Origin: Balanoglossus misakiensis | Lineage: Eukaryota > Animalia > Hemichordata | Direction: 5' to 3' | DNA length: 64,000 nt | NCBI GenBank assembly: GCA_040954595.2 | Contig: CM082583.2 | Location: forward strand, 12,748,987 to 12,812,986 | In this document: positions 1-11,823 of the stretch, piece after piece | Position numbering within the stretch: the first letter of the stretch is position 1 | Layout of the letters: every line of letters starts with the position of its first letter | Notes under the pieces: generated by a model | Told to the model about the DNA's origin: nothing | What the model saw: only the letters and a program-made list of their open reading frames with translations | The model's database searches: none | Position numbers and translations under genes: made by a program

Positions 1-2114
1 CAGGCGAACCAATGAGGGTGACACTGTCGACATCAGCCCGCCACCAGATCTCCAGCAGCTCCGACACCGACAAGACAACCAGCATTCTGACAATCAATGG
101 GCTGGAGGAGGAGGATAGTGGCGTGTATTACTGCAGTGACATGACAGACATGAACCAACACCAAGCCACTCTTAAAGTCTATGAAGGTACGAAACAACAT
201 TGGCCCATTTGCTGCAACATTCTGAAATATGTTGACCTCAAAATGCTGTCTGATTTTCTCAGATATTCAGTTATTACGAAAATGCCACAATAAAAAGTGA
301 AAATGTGATGTCATGCTCAATGATTATTTGTAGTATGAAAAATGGTAGGATACCATGCTGAATCATTCTATTTTCACAATTTGGAGGGTGAATAGTGTTC
401 TAACTGCTGTTCCATCAGATGTATTTGTCAGTGCTTTCAGACCATGAGAGATTGGCGCTTGTGTGAGCATGTAGACACGTTTTGACACAGTTAGACATTA
501 CTTCTGTTTGTTACGGATTAGTCAAATTAATACCAATCACCTCTAGGTGTGTTATAATGGAATCTGTGATGATTTAATTTGAACAGCCCCCAAGATCCAG
601 ATGGTGTCCAACCCAGCAGAACCAGTCATAGATCCTAAACGTCCATCAAACATCACGCTTCACTGTGCGACCAATGGACTCACAGTCATCTGGGAGAAGA
701 ATGGTGTTCCAGTGGGCGAGCTGGGAATACACGATCTGGACGGCGATGAGGATGTGGACGTGGAAGTGAAGGTCAACAACACGCTGGTCATTTTGAACAG
801 TGAACTCTCCGACACTGGTGTTTATGACTGCATTGTTACACATGAAGCTCACGGCCAACAAATCTTCGAGAAGCAATCAAAGGAAGTCACAGGTAAGCTG
901 TTTGGTGGAGTTTTTGAAATATTTAGTCTCTGTATAGGAGGATGTACATGTACTTTCACGTAGCTGGTTTTACATGTTCACCTCTATTCTCACTCTTGCA
1001 GCCCACCTGACCATGAAACTTCCCCAGTCTGTCAACCTGGAAGAAGGGGAGAACGCCAGAATTCCCTGCGAAGTGTCCAGCTTTCCTCCACCCTCCGTCA
1101 TCTGGTTCCGGGGAAGCGAATTGCTGTCCAATGGATCCAACGATGGTCACATTTGGATTATGGAGACCCCACCCGGAAGCCCCCAGCTGGTGTCCACCCT
1201 CATGATCAAGAAAGTGGTAGACGCCGACCGCGATCTCTACACGTGCAATGCTACAAATGCGGCCATGGAGAAGGTCAGCAAGGAATGCTTATTGCGTGTC
1301 AAAGGTCAGTTTGTGTACATGTATGTGAAAGCCAGTCTTGTCACACCCAAACAAAGCCGAGTATTGCAACGAGCACAAGAACTCCTAATGTGAAAATAAA
1401 ACCAGTGTTATGAACGATAATGCATCAAATATTTTATCATAAGAAAAATGACCCATATGTTTGTCACTGATTTACCGGTAATGGCCACTGTATGTGAAAT
1501 ATAAATTTTCCTTACTTTGACATCGCAGATTAAGGTCCTCTGCAGGACTGCCTATTGCTTTTCACATCACTGGTCTGTGAATCTGTAGATTGACAGCTGT
1601 TCTTGGTAAACGACCTTGTCATTCCATAGTACATCGACCAGTCTCTATCACAGGCACTGTAATAATAACATGGTGGAATTTTTTTTTCTTTTCTGGCAGA
1701 TCGCATGGCAGCTCTGTGGCCATTCATCGGAATCATGTGTGAAGTAATCCTCTTAGTTGCTATTATTTTACTTTGTGAGAGACGACAGAAGGCTAAAATG
1801 ATGCGGGCGGAGATGGAGGACATTCCAGAGTAAGTATGGTGCTATCCCCCCACCCCCTCCCTTTTCACCATCAGATGGTATGGTCCCATTGCGACCACAT
1901 GCTGTAATATAGGGGTGACCATTATTTTTGTCACCCAGTTAGAAAATACCTCACATAAAATGAAATCCAAAGTAGTGCTATACTGTTGGTGTCTGTTGGT
2001 GGTGTCAACTACTTACTGTATAAATTTCTGCCATTTTGTTTCAGAGCCAAGAAGCTGAACGACAACTCCAACACCAACGAGAGTGACATCAGGCTAAGAA
2101 ACATCAATGCCTAG
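1..2114 (+). CDS. BSG: Basigin/neuroplastin-family Ig-domain type I membrane protein (5'-partial)
   Basis: Ig-domain exons at ~1-186, 587-892 and 1001-1304 (DSGVYYC, DTGVYDC, DRDLYTC motifs). TM exon 1700-1829 encodes DRMAALWPFIGIMCEVILLVAIILLCERR, with the family's LWPF motif and intramembrane Glu. Last exon 2045-2114 ends ...DIRLRNINA*. Likely co-ortholog of BSG/NPTN/EMB. Confidence 0.88.
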
Positions 2115-4988
2115 AGGTCAGGTCAAAGGTTGTAGGTCATGTTGGTGCTTTGACTATGTAGATACGTTTTCTAACCCATACTGTATTCCGCGGGATTGTT
2201 AAAAAAACAAAAGGCATACTTGAATGATAACCCAAGGATTTCCCTATATATGAAGGAATAATGCACACTTAAACTTTCAAAATAAGTAAGATAGAAAAAA
2301 AAATAAGGCAATCATGGACTGTTCCTTCATGTTCTCAACAGTAGGAATCTAGTCATATCATTGGCCCTCCGACATCACATGATGGTCACATGTTGTGACT
2401 GGCCAATGAGATGCTCTACTTTAGAAGGCAGACAATAATTTCTTAGGTATGTCACATGGTCAGGTGACCTACATTTCAACAATATGATGTAGTATTCTTT
2501 TAGTCATTACTATTGTAAATGTGGCCTCTAGTGTGTAAGAAGTGTTCTTAAAAATTGTCTTGTTCTATAAACTAATGTAATTTATCAATGTTATTTGGGT
2601 GATTTTGTGGAGAACATTTGCAATATGTCACAGTGAGTTATGTTAAGCGTGAGAATGTGTCTGTTTTCTTCTTATCTTTTTTTAACGACTTCAATTTTGG
2701 CAATAAAATCAGGGTGACAAATATTCTTCCTATCTTCTGTGTTAAAAGTTGTAGACATGCGACATTTTAACTGTTTCATGGTGGGGGGGGGGGGGGGGTA
2801 ATACTGTATGGATGATAGACCAGCCAGTGTCAAGGTACATGTTTGCACAAAGCTGTGTCTGGGGAAAAAACAACAGCTAGTGAGAATCAGCTTACTTTGT
2901 TTTATTATGGATCTGACCCACCCACCCCACCCCAGGGGAACATGTCAGTGTGCTATATATTTGACGCGAGTCACTGATATCACTGTACTCAAAACGTCCA
3001 ATTCAATGTGTATACAGACTATAGACCGGTTAACACAATGTGTAGATGTGAAGACTTTGTTTCCAAGGAATTGTCAATATCACAATGTCAAACAAAAGTC
3101 TTTGTTTCATTTTGCTTATTGTTTAATTGCAGTGATATAAACTGTAAATAGTTACTGAATTCAAACTGTGCAATTACATGTTTTACAAATTTCTCTCTTG
3201 TGTAAAAAATAAATTTAAAAATATAGATGTGATTGTAGAATAGAGTTTTTCAAATACCGTAGAGATTTTCTCGTAATAATAGGGTATGCCAGTCACAGAG
3301 TTTTTGTGTAGACAAACATTTCTCGTATGAGAATCATACATATGCATGTTTTTCTGTCATTGACAATGATCTTCAAGTTCTGCCTAGGTTGCTCCACAAA
3401 CTGCGTTAACACGGTCTTTAGGTCTAATATGGGCATTTTGGGAAGCAGTTACTGTGTTATGTGCGCGCACATGATTGCCAAATACACCAAAATATGCATA
3501 TGTGTGACAAGTTGACCTTGAACTCTGTGTGCTGTTTGTGCCCACATGCCTATCTTCGATAACCACCCTTCCACCCCTGTTGTCGTGTGTTTAGATCCGA
3601 ATCTTATCATTGACAACAATGGGGTTTGAACCAATATCCAGTCAGGGTAGTGAGACGGCATACTTTGTTGTGACCAGTGAGTGTAGATCATCTTGATTCA
3701 AATAACCACCCTCACTGTTTGTAGACAATATCTTAAACATATGTCCATGCTTTCGATAAAAATTTTCACTTTTTTGTTGAGGAGATCGCTGTGAAATGTT
3801 TGTGTTTTATTTTCAACTCAGGTCAAATGAATGATTTGTTTAAAGTTTTCTTCATTGACAGTTTTGAGCCGTCTGATGCCCAAGATTTGATACAGAGTAT
3901 TATGGAGACAACAGCAACAGGAAAGTTAATAGGTGATCGATTGTAGACGCGAGACAAAAAAAACTGTCCTTGAAACATTTAGTTGATAATGTCAGTGATA
4001 ACATGTATGAGGATGAAATATTTTAATCTGCTGTTGATAAAAAAGTAAGTTTTATTTCCTATGTTGTCAGGAAATTTTGTTTTTGTAAATGACGTTCTTT
4101 TAATTTTTACAATGATATGCAAATAAAGCTGTCATAAGTCTGTGTCATTTTAAGTTTTGTGCCACTTGTCTGTTTATTGGTGGTTGATACCACAACTTTC
4201 AAACTTTCTTAAAACAAAAGCTTTTTTTACTGTGTCTTTTTTGCTCTGAGAAAGCTACAATTCTTCAACTACCTTGAATAGGGTTTTGCTACCTAGGTGA
4301 CTGATAAAAATCTCATGTCAAAAGAATTTCAAGATGGCAGCCTTCAATGTTGAACAAATATAAGTGCATATTAAAGCAAGATTGATGTAGGGTCATACTA
4401 ACAGTTTGAAGCAGACAAATAATCTGTCATATATACATAGAGAGTCTCCTATATTACTCAAAAGAAGTGTGTGCTCTTTTGGAATGTCCAATGAAAAAGC
4501 ACAGCCTCCCATTTCCCTAAGAGCGCCACCACTGGGCAAACATCTAACCCTGAATTTCAGGCCAGAAACTTAGCTAGTAGATGGCGCTATAACACAAACT
4601 CACGATCGATCCATCAGTTACAGACAGAGCGAGTGTTTTATCCAATTATCCATTCAGACGTCATAAAATCTGTCCACTGGCGCGACACGAAGAGACACGT
4701 CAATTGCTGCAGTATAGGGCATTAGGGCACTTTGTCCCTTTAAGAATTTGATTTTCTGTCCCTTTAAGAATTTGATTTTCGGGTTGAATACTACCTTTAA
4801 CAACCTGCATAAGCAGACATAAATCATATCCTTATATTTCATCACTTTCGTGTTTTATTATAAAATGCCTCTAAAACAATTTTAACAACGGAATTCACAG
4901 TCTTTTCAAGCCATTTTATAATCATCAGACATTTTGTAATAGTCAGCAATGGGTCGTGGAGGCTGTTCATGAAGACAAGCGTTCTAAG

Positions 4989-7900
4989 TCAGTCGGCCGA
5001 GTTTCTAGAGTGTGTTGAAGGTCTTTGAATTGCCAGTACAATCTCGTTGCTGGCATTTGGACTATCCGTGTCGTCCAGATGGATTTGGTGAAATCTGTCG
5101 ACCAACGATCTAGGGCTTCCTGCTCCGTCCATGCCCGACAGCCGACTTGATCTCTTGCCAATCTTGCTGAGTCTCTGCACCGCGATTCTCTCCATCATTT
5201 TCCTCATCATCGGGTATTCCAGAAGAACCTCATTGAACTCGACAACGGACAACGAGTACAGGTGACAGTAAGTTTCCGCGCGTATGGTTGCTACTCGGCG
5301 AGCTCGAGTCAGCAGACAGATTTCTGAATATTGAAGAAAATATATTGGTATCCAGGGTAAGGTGTTATCCTTCCACAGTCGGGTCACAAGTAAAAAAAAC
5401 GTCATATTATCGTTTTCGGCCCAACTTCGAGGCGATAACCATGCAAAGAGAACAGTTTACAAAAACACCAGTATTTCTTATTCTACCGGCGAATTTCGTT
5501 CTCATGTTTGAATCTTCGCTTGCGCTATGAGGTGGCTATGACTATGAGCACACTGGCTGAAGACCGAAACCATAGCAACCTCGGCGGCCATTGCAGGCTG
5601 ATGGATACTTACCACCAAAATAAGACCCGTCTGTCAAGCTTGTGGCCAGTTCTGATTCGGGCGACAAAACATCTACAATGCCTTGTTGAATAAAATACAT
5701 CTTATCACCCAATGTCCCCTCCCGTATGATGACGTCACCGGGTTGACGCAGTTCAAATTTTAACTTGGTGACTATTTTGGAAACAAAATGCGGATCTGCG
5801 TCGTGGAAGAATGGTACGGCTGCAACTAAAGCCCGACAGTTGTAATTTATGACATCCTGAGAGAGAGGGGGAGGGAGAGAGAGGGGGAGAGGGGAGAGAG
5901 AGAGAGTGTGTGTGTGCGTGAGAGAGAAAGAAAGAAAGAGAGAGAGAGAGAGTATTAATTAAGAGAGAGAGTATTAAGAGATAATTTACGTTGCAAAATA
6001 ACCCTACGTTAAATATTTTTTTTTACTTTAAACAACTTGTCATTTAACAATATGCGACTCATTTTTCCATCTTTTTGTAGATACATTCTTCTCTATGCAC
6101 AATCGCTCACCTCACGAAGTGTCTCCGACAGTTCATTCAAGATAGACTCTTCGTCGAAATATTTGTTTTGGTAACGGTGTTCGTAGTAATCGGCAATGGA
6201 CTCGCGCAGATGACTGGGTAGCTTATTAAAGGCCATGTATTCCTCGACTTGTTTGAACTGTGAGGACAATATGCGGACATTATTTAGCCTTAAATATAGA
6301 GATTATGATTCACAAACTGTTGAACGTATTCCTGAAATTGGTCACACAAGTTGTGAAATGCCTGTACCACAGCACGCTTCAAACACTGACAGTGAAATTG
6401 GAGTAGATTGTCTCCCTTTAAAACCCGAAACCCAGATGTCAAAGCAACGTTGACAAAAATAAGCCTTCCATCACCTTTTCTCTGTAGATTCTAGCAGCGC
6501 AGTCGATGGACTGTATGAGGGTAGTGGCGTGGCCGATGAACAAGGCATAACACGTTGCTCCCGAGATCATACTAAGCATCGTCAACCACACATCAGATGT
6601 TCCGCTGGGTGGGAAACGACCGTAGCCGATGCACAGCATGTGTGACATTGCTTTGAACACTGCCCACGTATATTGTTCACTCCACGATGAGTTCTGTGCG
6701 CACGTCAGAGGAAAGGAGCCCGTTATCTCAAGCATCGTGTCTTGTTTTACACATTGCAATGCACTATTAACTACATTCTAGTCAAACTCAAACCAACAGT
6801 GTTCACATAAACACACGTATATATATATGTTAACGGCAATTTGTACCACATATTAGACAAAATTAATGCGAACAGGTGGTTTCGAGACTCAACTGTGCCC
6901 GACTCCGACGTTTAGTGCCCGACTCGTTTAAAAATTCTGAAAATAAGATATACAAACGCTCACTGTGAGATTGTTGATGGTCACCCAGCTGTCTGCCGGG
7001 AACTCTTGTAGCATCGGTACCAGAAACTGAAGACACCCATTCCAATGACCAACTAACAGCATAATCCACACCAAGTTAAATATTCGAAGAACTGCACTGG
7101 CGACGTTGATCCACTGGAAAGAAAGGAAGAAAGTGACCAATGGTGCCCCTGCACTCAAATGTTGACTTATGGGTCATTTTTCTTTTTTCAGCATTTTTGG
7201 CAAAATTAATCTTCCTGGCATAACATTCCTGAAATTATTAAAAAGTAATAAGAGTTTCTGCTATACCTCTTCCCACTGTTTCACGTATCGCACCAGCCTA
7301 GAGATCCTCAACAATCGCAGAAGACTGAGCAACTTGGTGAGACGGAGAATACGAAGCGCACGCGTGGCTTTGTACATCTCGCTGTTAGCAGCGCCCCCAG
7401 TGATGAGAAACACATAGTCCATGGGCAGCGAAGATATCATATCGATAACAAACCACGTCTTCATGTACTTCTTCGCGATCTTCTTGGGTTCGAGGATGAC
7501 TTGCTCCGAAGATTCGTGGGTGAGGATTCCCGTTCTGAAGTTGAGGATGATGTCCATGATGAAGAAGGTGTCGGAGATACAGTTGAAGATGACCCAACGG
7601 CTGCTGAGGTCATCGTTGAAGAAGGCGATGATGACGGGTAATATGATGAGGTTTATGACCAGACAGAACAACATTATCAGGTCCCAATAAAATCTACGGA
7701 CATATAAAATAATGGAAATATTAATTATGTTAGTTGACGTGAACAGCGATTTGTCTGCAATACAAACTACCAAATTGAATGATGATATCGTTAACACACG
7801 TCATTGCACGTGAGATTCATAGCATAGGCCTGAAAACCATTTACTTAGCATCATGAGCGCCTTCTCTTCACAAAATCACAGACCACAGGTAGTAAATCGA

Positions 7901-9517
7901 TCTAATTTGACGTAGCGGGGATACTTGAAATTCAAAGTGGAAAGGCAATTTCGGTCGTGCCGTATTCGAACGAATTTCTGATCACTGTGGTTAGCGTCAC
8001 GGTTAATTGAGACGAACAGGAATACTCGCCGTTGCTAGACAGTTGATGACGTCAATGTCTCGCAAGATCTTAACCTAACCATGAATATCTAAATATGTCG
8101 CTTGAAGGAGCCTCGGAGACGGGTGATGTAAGCTTACAAAACGATCCAGACGTACTAAAATCGAGCCTTGTTATCCGAGGCTGGAATTCACCGTAAATTA
8201 AACGCATCCTACATTTTCGCCATCTTTTTGGTCTACCAATTTCGAACATCACCAAAAAGCCATAATATTACTGCATTGAAAGAAAAAATCTAGATTTTTG
8301 CTGGTTTGAAGAAACAAATATAGCCGAAAAGCTAAATACGGCATCATTTGCATAATGCCCAGAGAAGTACACCTGATACCATTTATCGTGTTACTCAGTG
8401 TTGAGAGACTTCGTTAGCTGTGGCTCGTTTTTTGAAAAAAAAATGTGAACATCGATATAAATTACAAAGTCTGAAATAGTACAGTAATTATCTGTTGTCG
8501 TCTTGCGTGGGCCCGGAGAATTTGAGTAACGAAGCGTGTCAATATTCCATGCAAGGTATGCGATAAAGCGCAGACTGGTAAATTGAGTTGTCTGTCTGCG
8601 GACGGAGCACGTTTGAAATGACGGAACCAAATGATCAGACGCGTCAAGAGGTACCCAGGTGGTCAGGCCACTTACTGCAAGCCGCGCTTGCTTTTAAGGA
8701 AGAGTATCGCCGGCAATAAAACACGCATCAAAACATAGTATAAGTTGTTCTGCTCGTCAGCAGAGCAAAATAAATGCTTTTCGTGGTAATTTAATACAGA
8801 TTATATTTTAAATCAAAATAATGGATTCGTCTCGTCAGACGTATTGAGATCAGGTATGGGAAACCCTGCAATGCTATACAGTCATAGCTAGTCCGTACCT
8901 GAAATTCCGGTGGCTATTAAAAGCGTTCGGGAGAACATTTCATAATTTTCTCTGTTAATTCGCATCTAATAAATAAATAACTTCTCACAAGTAACAAAAA
9001 ACAGTCATGAAATATGAAAAAGTGACTTGAATTGATCGTAAATTCTTAATTCGTACCTGAATTTACTGCATGGGTGAATAATCCAGTTTCCTTGTTCGTG
9101 TAACCGTCGCCGTTCTTTCATGAGAGCCTTTTTACTCCCAAATAACTTCATAGATATTTTGTTATCCGTTGGTTCAAATATTGACCACAACTGGTCCTTG
9201 ATAAAGCTCGGTCTGTGGCTCGGTTTTCCACTGTCGTCGTCGGCGCCCGAAGGAACCGTCAGTTTGACGGACTCTGATTGTTTTTTCTTGAAGGAATTCC
9301 GACGCTCGCCATTCGTGTCGGACATTTTTATCCCATTGGCCGATTTGGTTTCAGGTTGCATTTCGTGAGTGGATGAGGGTTGGTCGCAATTCGCCAATTC
9401 AACGTCGTCTCCGACGGGGTTTATTCGCACACCTGGTCTGTGGAAAGACATCGATGGCCAGTGTCTGCTGCGCCGGCGTGCAGGTTCTACTACATCACCG
9501 TCTTCCGACCCCTCCAT
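4989..9517 (-). CDS. HCN: Hyperpolarization-activated cyclic nucleotide-gated (HCN/Ih) channel
   Basis: Seven exons: 9517-9057, 7693-7267, 7113-6964, 6693-6475, 6257-6111, 5856-5613, 5323-4989. HCN domain [27 protein letters not shown]4 [26 protein letters not shown], pore [10 protein letters not shown]-linker, and [21 protein letters not shown]. Confidence 0.96.
5858..5980. repeat. (AG)n/(TG)n compound microsatellite forming the pyrimidine tract of an HCN intron
   Basis: Directly visible GA, GT and GAAA runs. Confidence 0.9.
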
Positions 9518-11823
9518 CCCGCTGATTGTGAGAATGACTCGCCCGATGGATGGTGACTTCGGACTTCGTCACATTTTCCCGGCGTTTGATTTACGGCTCT
9601 TCATTCTTGACCGACACATCGCCCAGAGAGGTCAACCTTGCCCGTTCCATCCACGGTCGACTCTACTTTTCACAATGCGTCCGCGTCACAATCGTAAAAG
9701 AACGTCAAGTCTAATTCTCCGCGTCAGAATCTCGCGTAAAAAGAATATAACGCGAGACTACCCGCGACTTCATAGGTCGATATCCCAAGTACACGTGTAT
9801 CGTCGCGTCAAACATAGGTCGGTATCCCAAGTATCGTCAAACGTCGGTCGGTATCCCAAGTAAAGACTCTTCAAACTGAAGGCGTGTTGAATTAGTTCAA
9901 CGCCCGGGTCAACATAAATTGGAGCGTCTACGTTGCACACCTGTTCCAGTAATTGACCAATCACAAGTGCTGTGGTTTACCTGTCTCGGTTGTGCGGATA
10001 GTAATTGACCAATCAGAATTGTCGGGTCGAAATTACTATTCTTCTGACTAGAGAAAGCTAGTAATATATGGACAAATAGGTGAAATAACTCTACGTTTCG
10101 GTTAAAAAAATCAAAAGGGTTGACAGTTTTCTAATATTGGGTAGATTTCATTTGGAAGTGCATGTACATGGTGGAGAAATGAAGGGATGTCAATATCATG
10201 GTGTAAGCGACACATGTAAGCGACATGGTCACCTTGGAGAGCGCCACCAAACGGTGGGAAATCGGCATGACCTGGTCCACGGTTGTCTTGGTCACTTCCA
10301 TAATCAGCGTACAGCTGTGGCGGAGGTGTCTGACCCCGTTTGTTCCAATGCGATGATGATTCACACTTGAACTACGTATCGACAGGTATGGTTTGCGAAT
10401 GACAGTCATCACATCCACTGCACTCCACGCGATAGTGCTGCATTTCAAGTGGGCAAGTGGGCGTATCGAAACTCTCAGACGTCATCAGCTATCCCTTGCC
10501 CTGTGATGAAAGGGGAGTTCCTTCCTATAATATCCCTGATCTGGGAGGAACGTGTAACGGTATATGCAAAACATTACGGAAGATAATTCCTGACGCTTGG
10601 GTTTTGCGCAGAGAAAGTGACGATCGTGACCATAGGCGGAACAGTAGTGATATTTGTTGCGATCAGTGAGTACTTCCGTGTTGATGTCCAGTTGATGAGC
10701 TGTGCGGGAGAGCAATTAAACTCCAGCCACCAGCACTACAGTGTGTACGCATGTCCACATAAAGACCATAAAGTTATACATATATAAAAGTCATTGTCAC
10801 TTGATAAAGGTGAGTACAGTTTGTACATGTACATGTACTTTGTTATTATTGGGGGGGGGGGGGGGGGGGTAGAAAGGCGCTTAATACAAATGTCAACATG
10901 GCTTAGCGAGTCTAGATTTATTTTATATCTATGAAAATGTTTCTTCAGCATTGTAGGTTGGAAATCATTTTCAGGTTTAATAGTCTATTGGCGAGAAATT
11001 GTGCATTCTTGTATTGTAAAATTCCCATGATTATGGGTAACGTACACCCTCAAGTTATATGAGTAATGGAACTCACCCATTCTCTACTGGGGATCTAGCA
11101 TTCCCGAACAATATGTTTCGGTAATTAACTATTTCAGAATGACATTGAACCAAAAACTTGAATTTTATTTCATATCATATTTTGGTCTTATATGATATTA
11201 GGCAGCTTGTAAGTTGTACGGGTTAGTATGTTTCTGATTGATTTACAGAAGAATGCTTCTTGCTATTAGGTCATAGGTCAGAGAAGTTAGCCAAGAGGTC
11301 AAAACACTTTGAACGTACCATCCGCAAATGTCACCAGTGGGCACAAAATATGGATTTTTTGTGAATCATCATGAGAATACTTAATTAGTATTCAGAGTTC
11401 AAAGAACAAAGTCAACTTTGCATTTTGAGTTTCCATTTCCCAATTTTGGATAAATTGTGCTGTAAAAATTCTGATTTGTTTATATATCATTGTTTGCACT
11501 GTACTTAGTCTTTTGGTATTTATAGCACTTGTGGGTGGGAAGGGCTGTTGGATTAATTGTCAGAGGGGATTGTCATGCACCCACACACAGGATGGATTGT
11601 AACAAAGGAAATCCACATATCTGCCATGTGACATTACAAAACCAGAAACTATTTCAAGGATTCCCCATTTTTTGCTGTGTCAACTTCCTATTACCTTCAC
11701 AACATTTAATTTAGAGTTCCCGTCAGACTGAGCATGGTGGATACATTTTGATGTCATTGATGTGCATTATTTGTGTGCAAATATTAATGATGATTTATTA
11801 TATTTTTAATTTCAGTCCGCAAG

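Noticed and set aside
3384-3750. Short ORFs between basigin and HCN
   Set aside because: No homology or splice structure recognised; likely UTR or intergenic.
5324-5612. Possible U12-type intron in HCN (CCTTACC branch-like sequence)
   Set aside because: The donor is GTAAGT (U2-type), not GTATCCTT or ATATCCTT.
9771-9862. Spaced direct repeats superficially like a CRISPR array
   Set aside because: Eukaryotic context, only three short copies with irregular and partly repeated spacers, and no cas genes.
9369-9863. 164-aa plus-strand ORF
   Set aside because: Antisense to HCN exon 1 and its CpG-rich leader; Arg/Pro-rich, with no domain.
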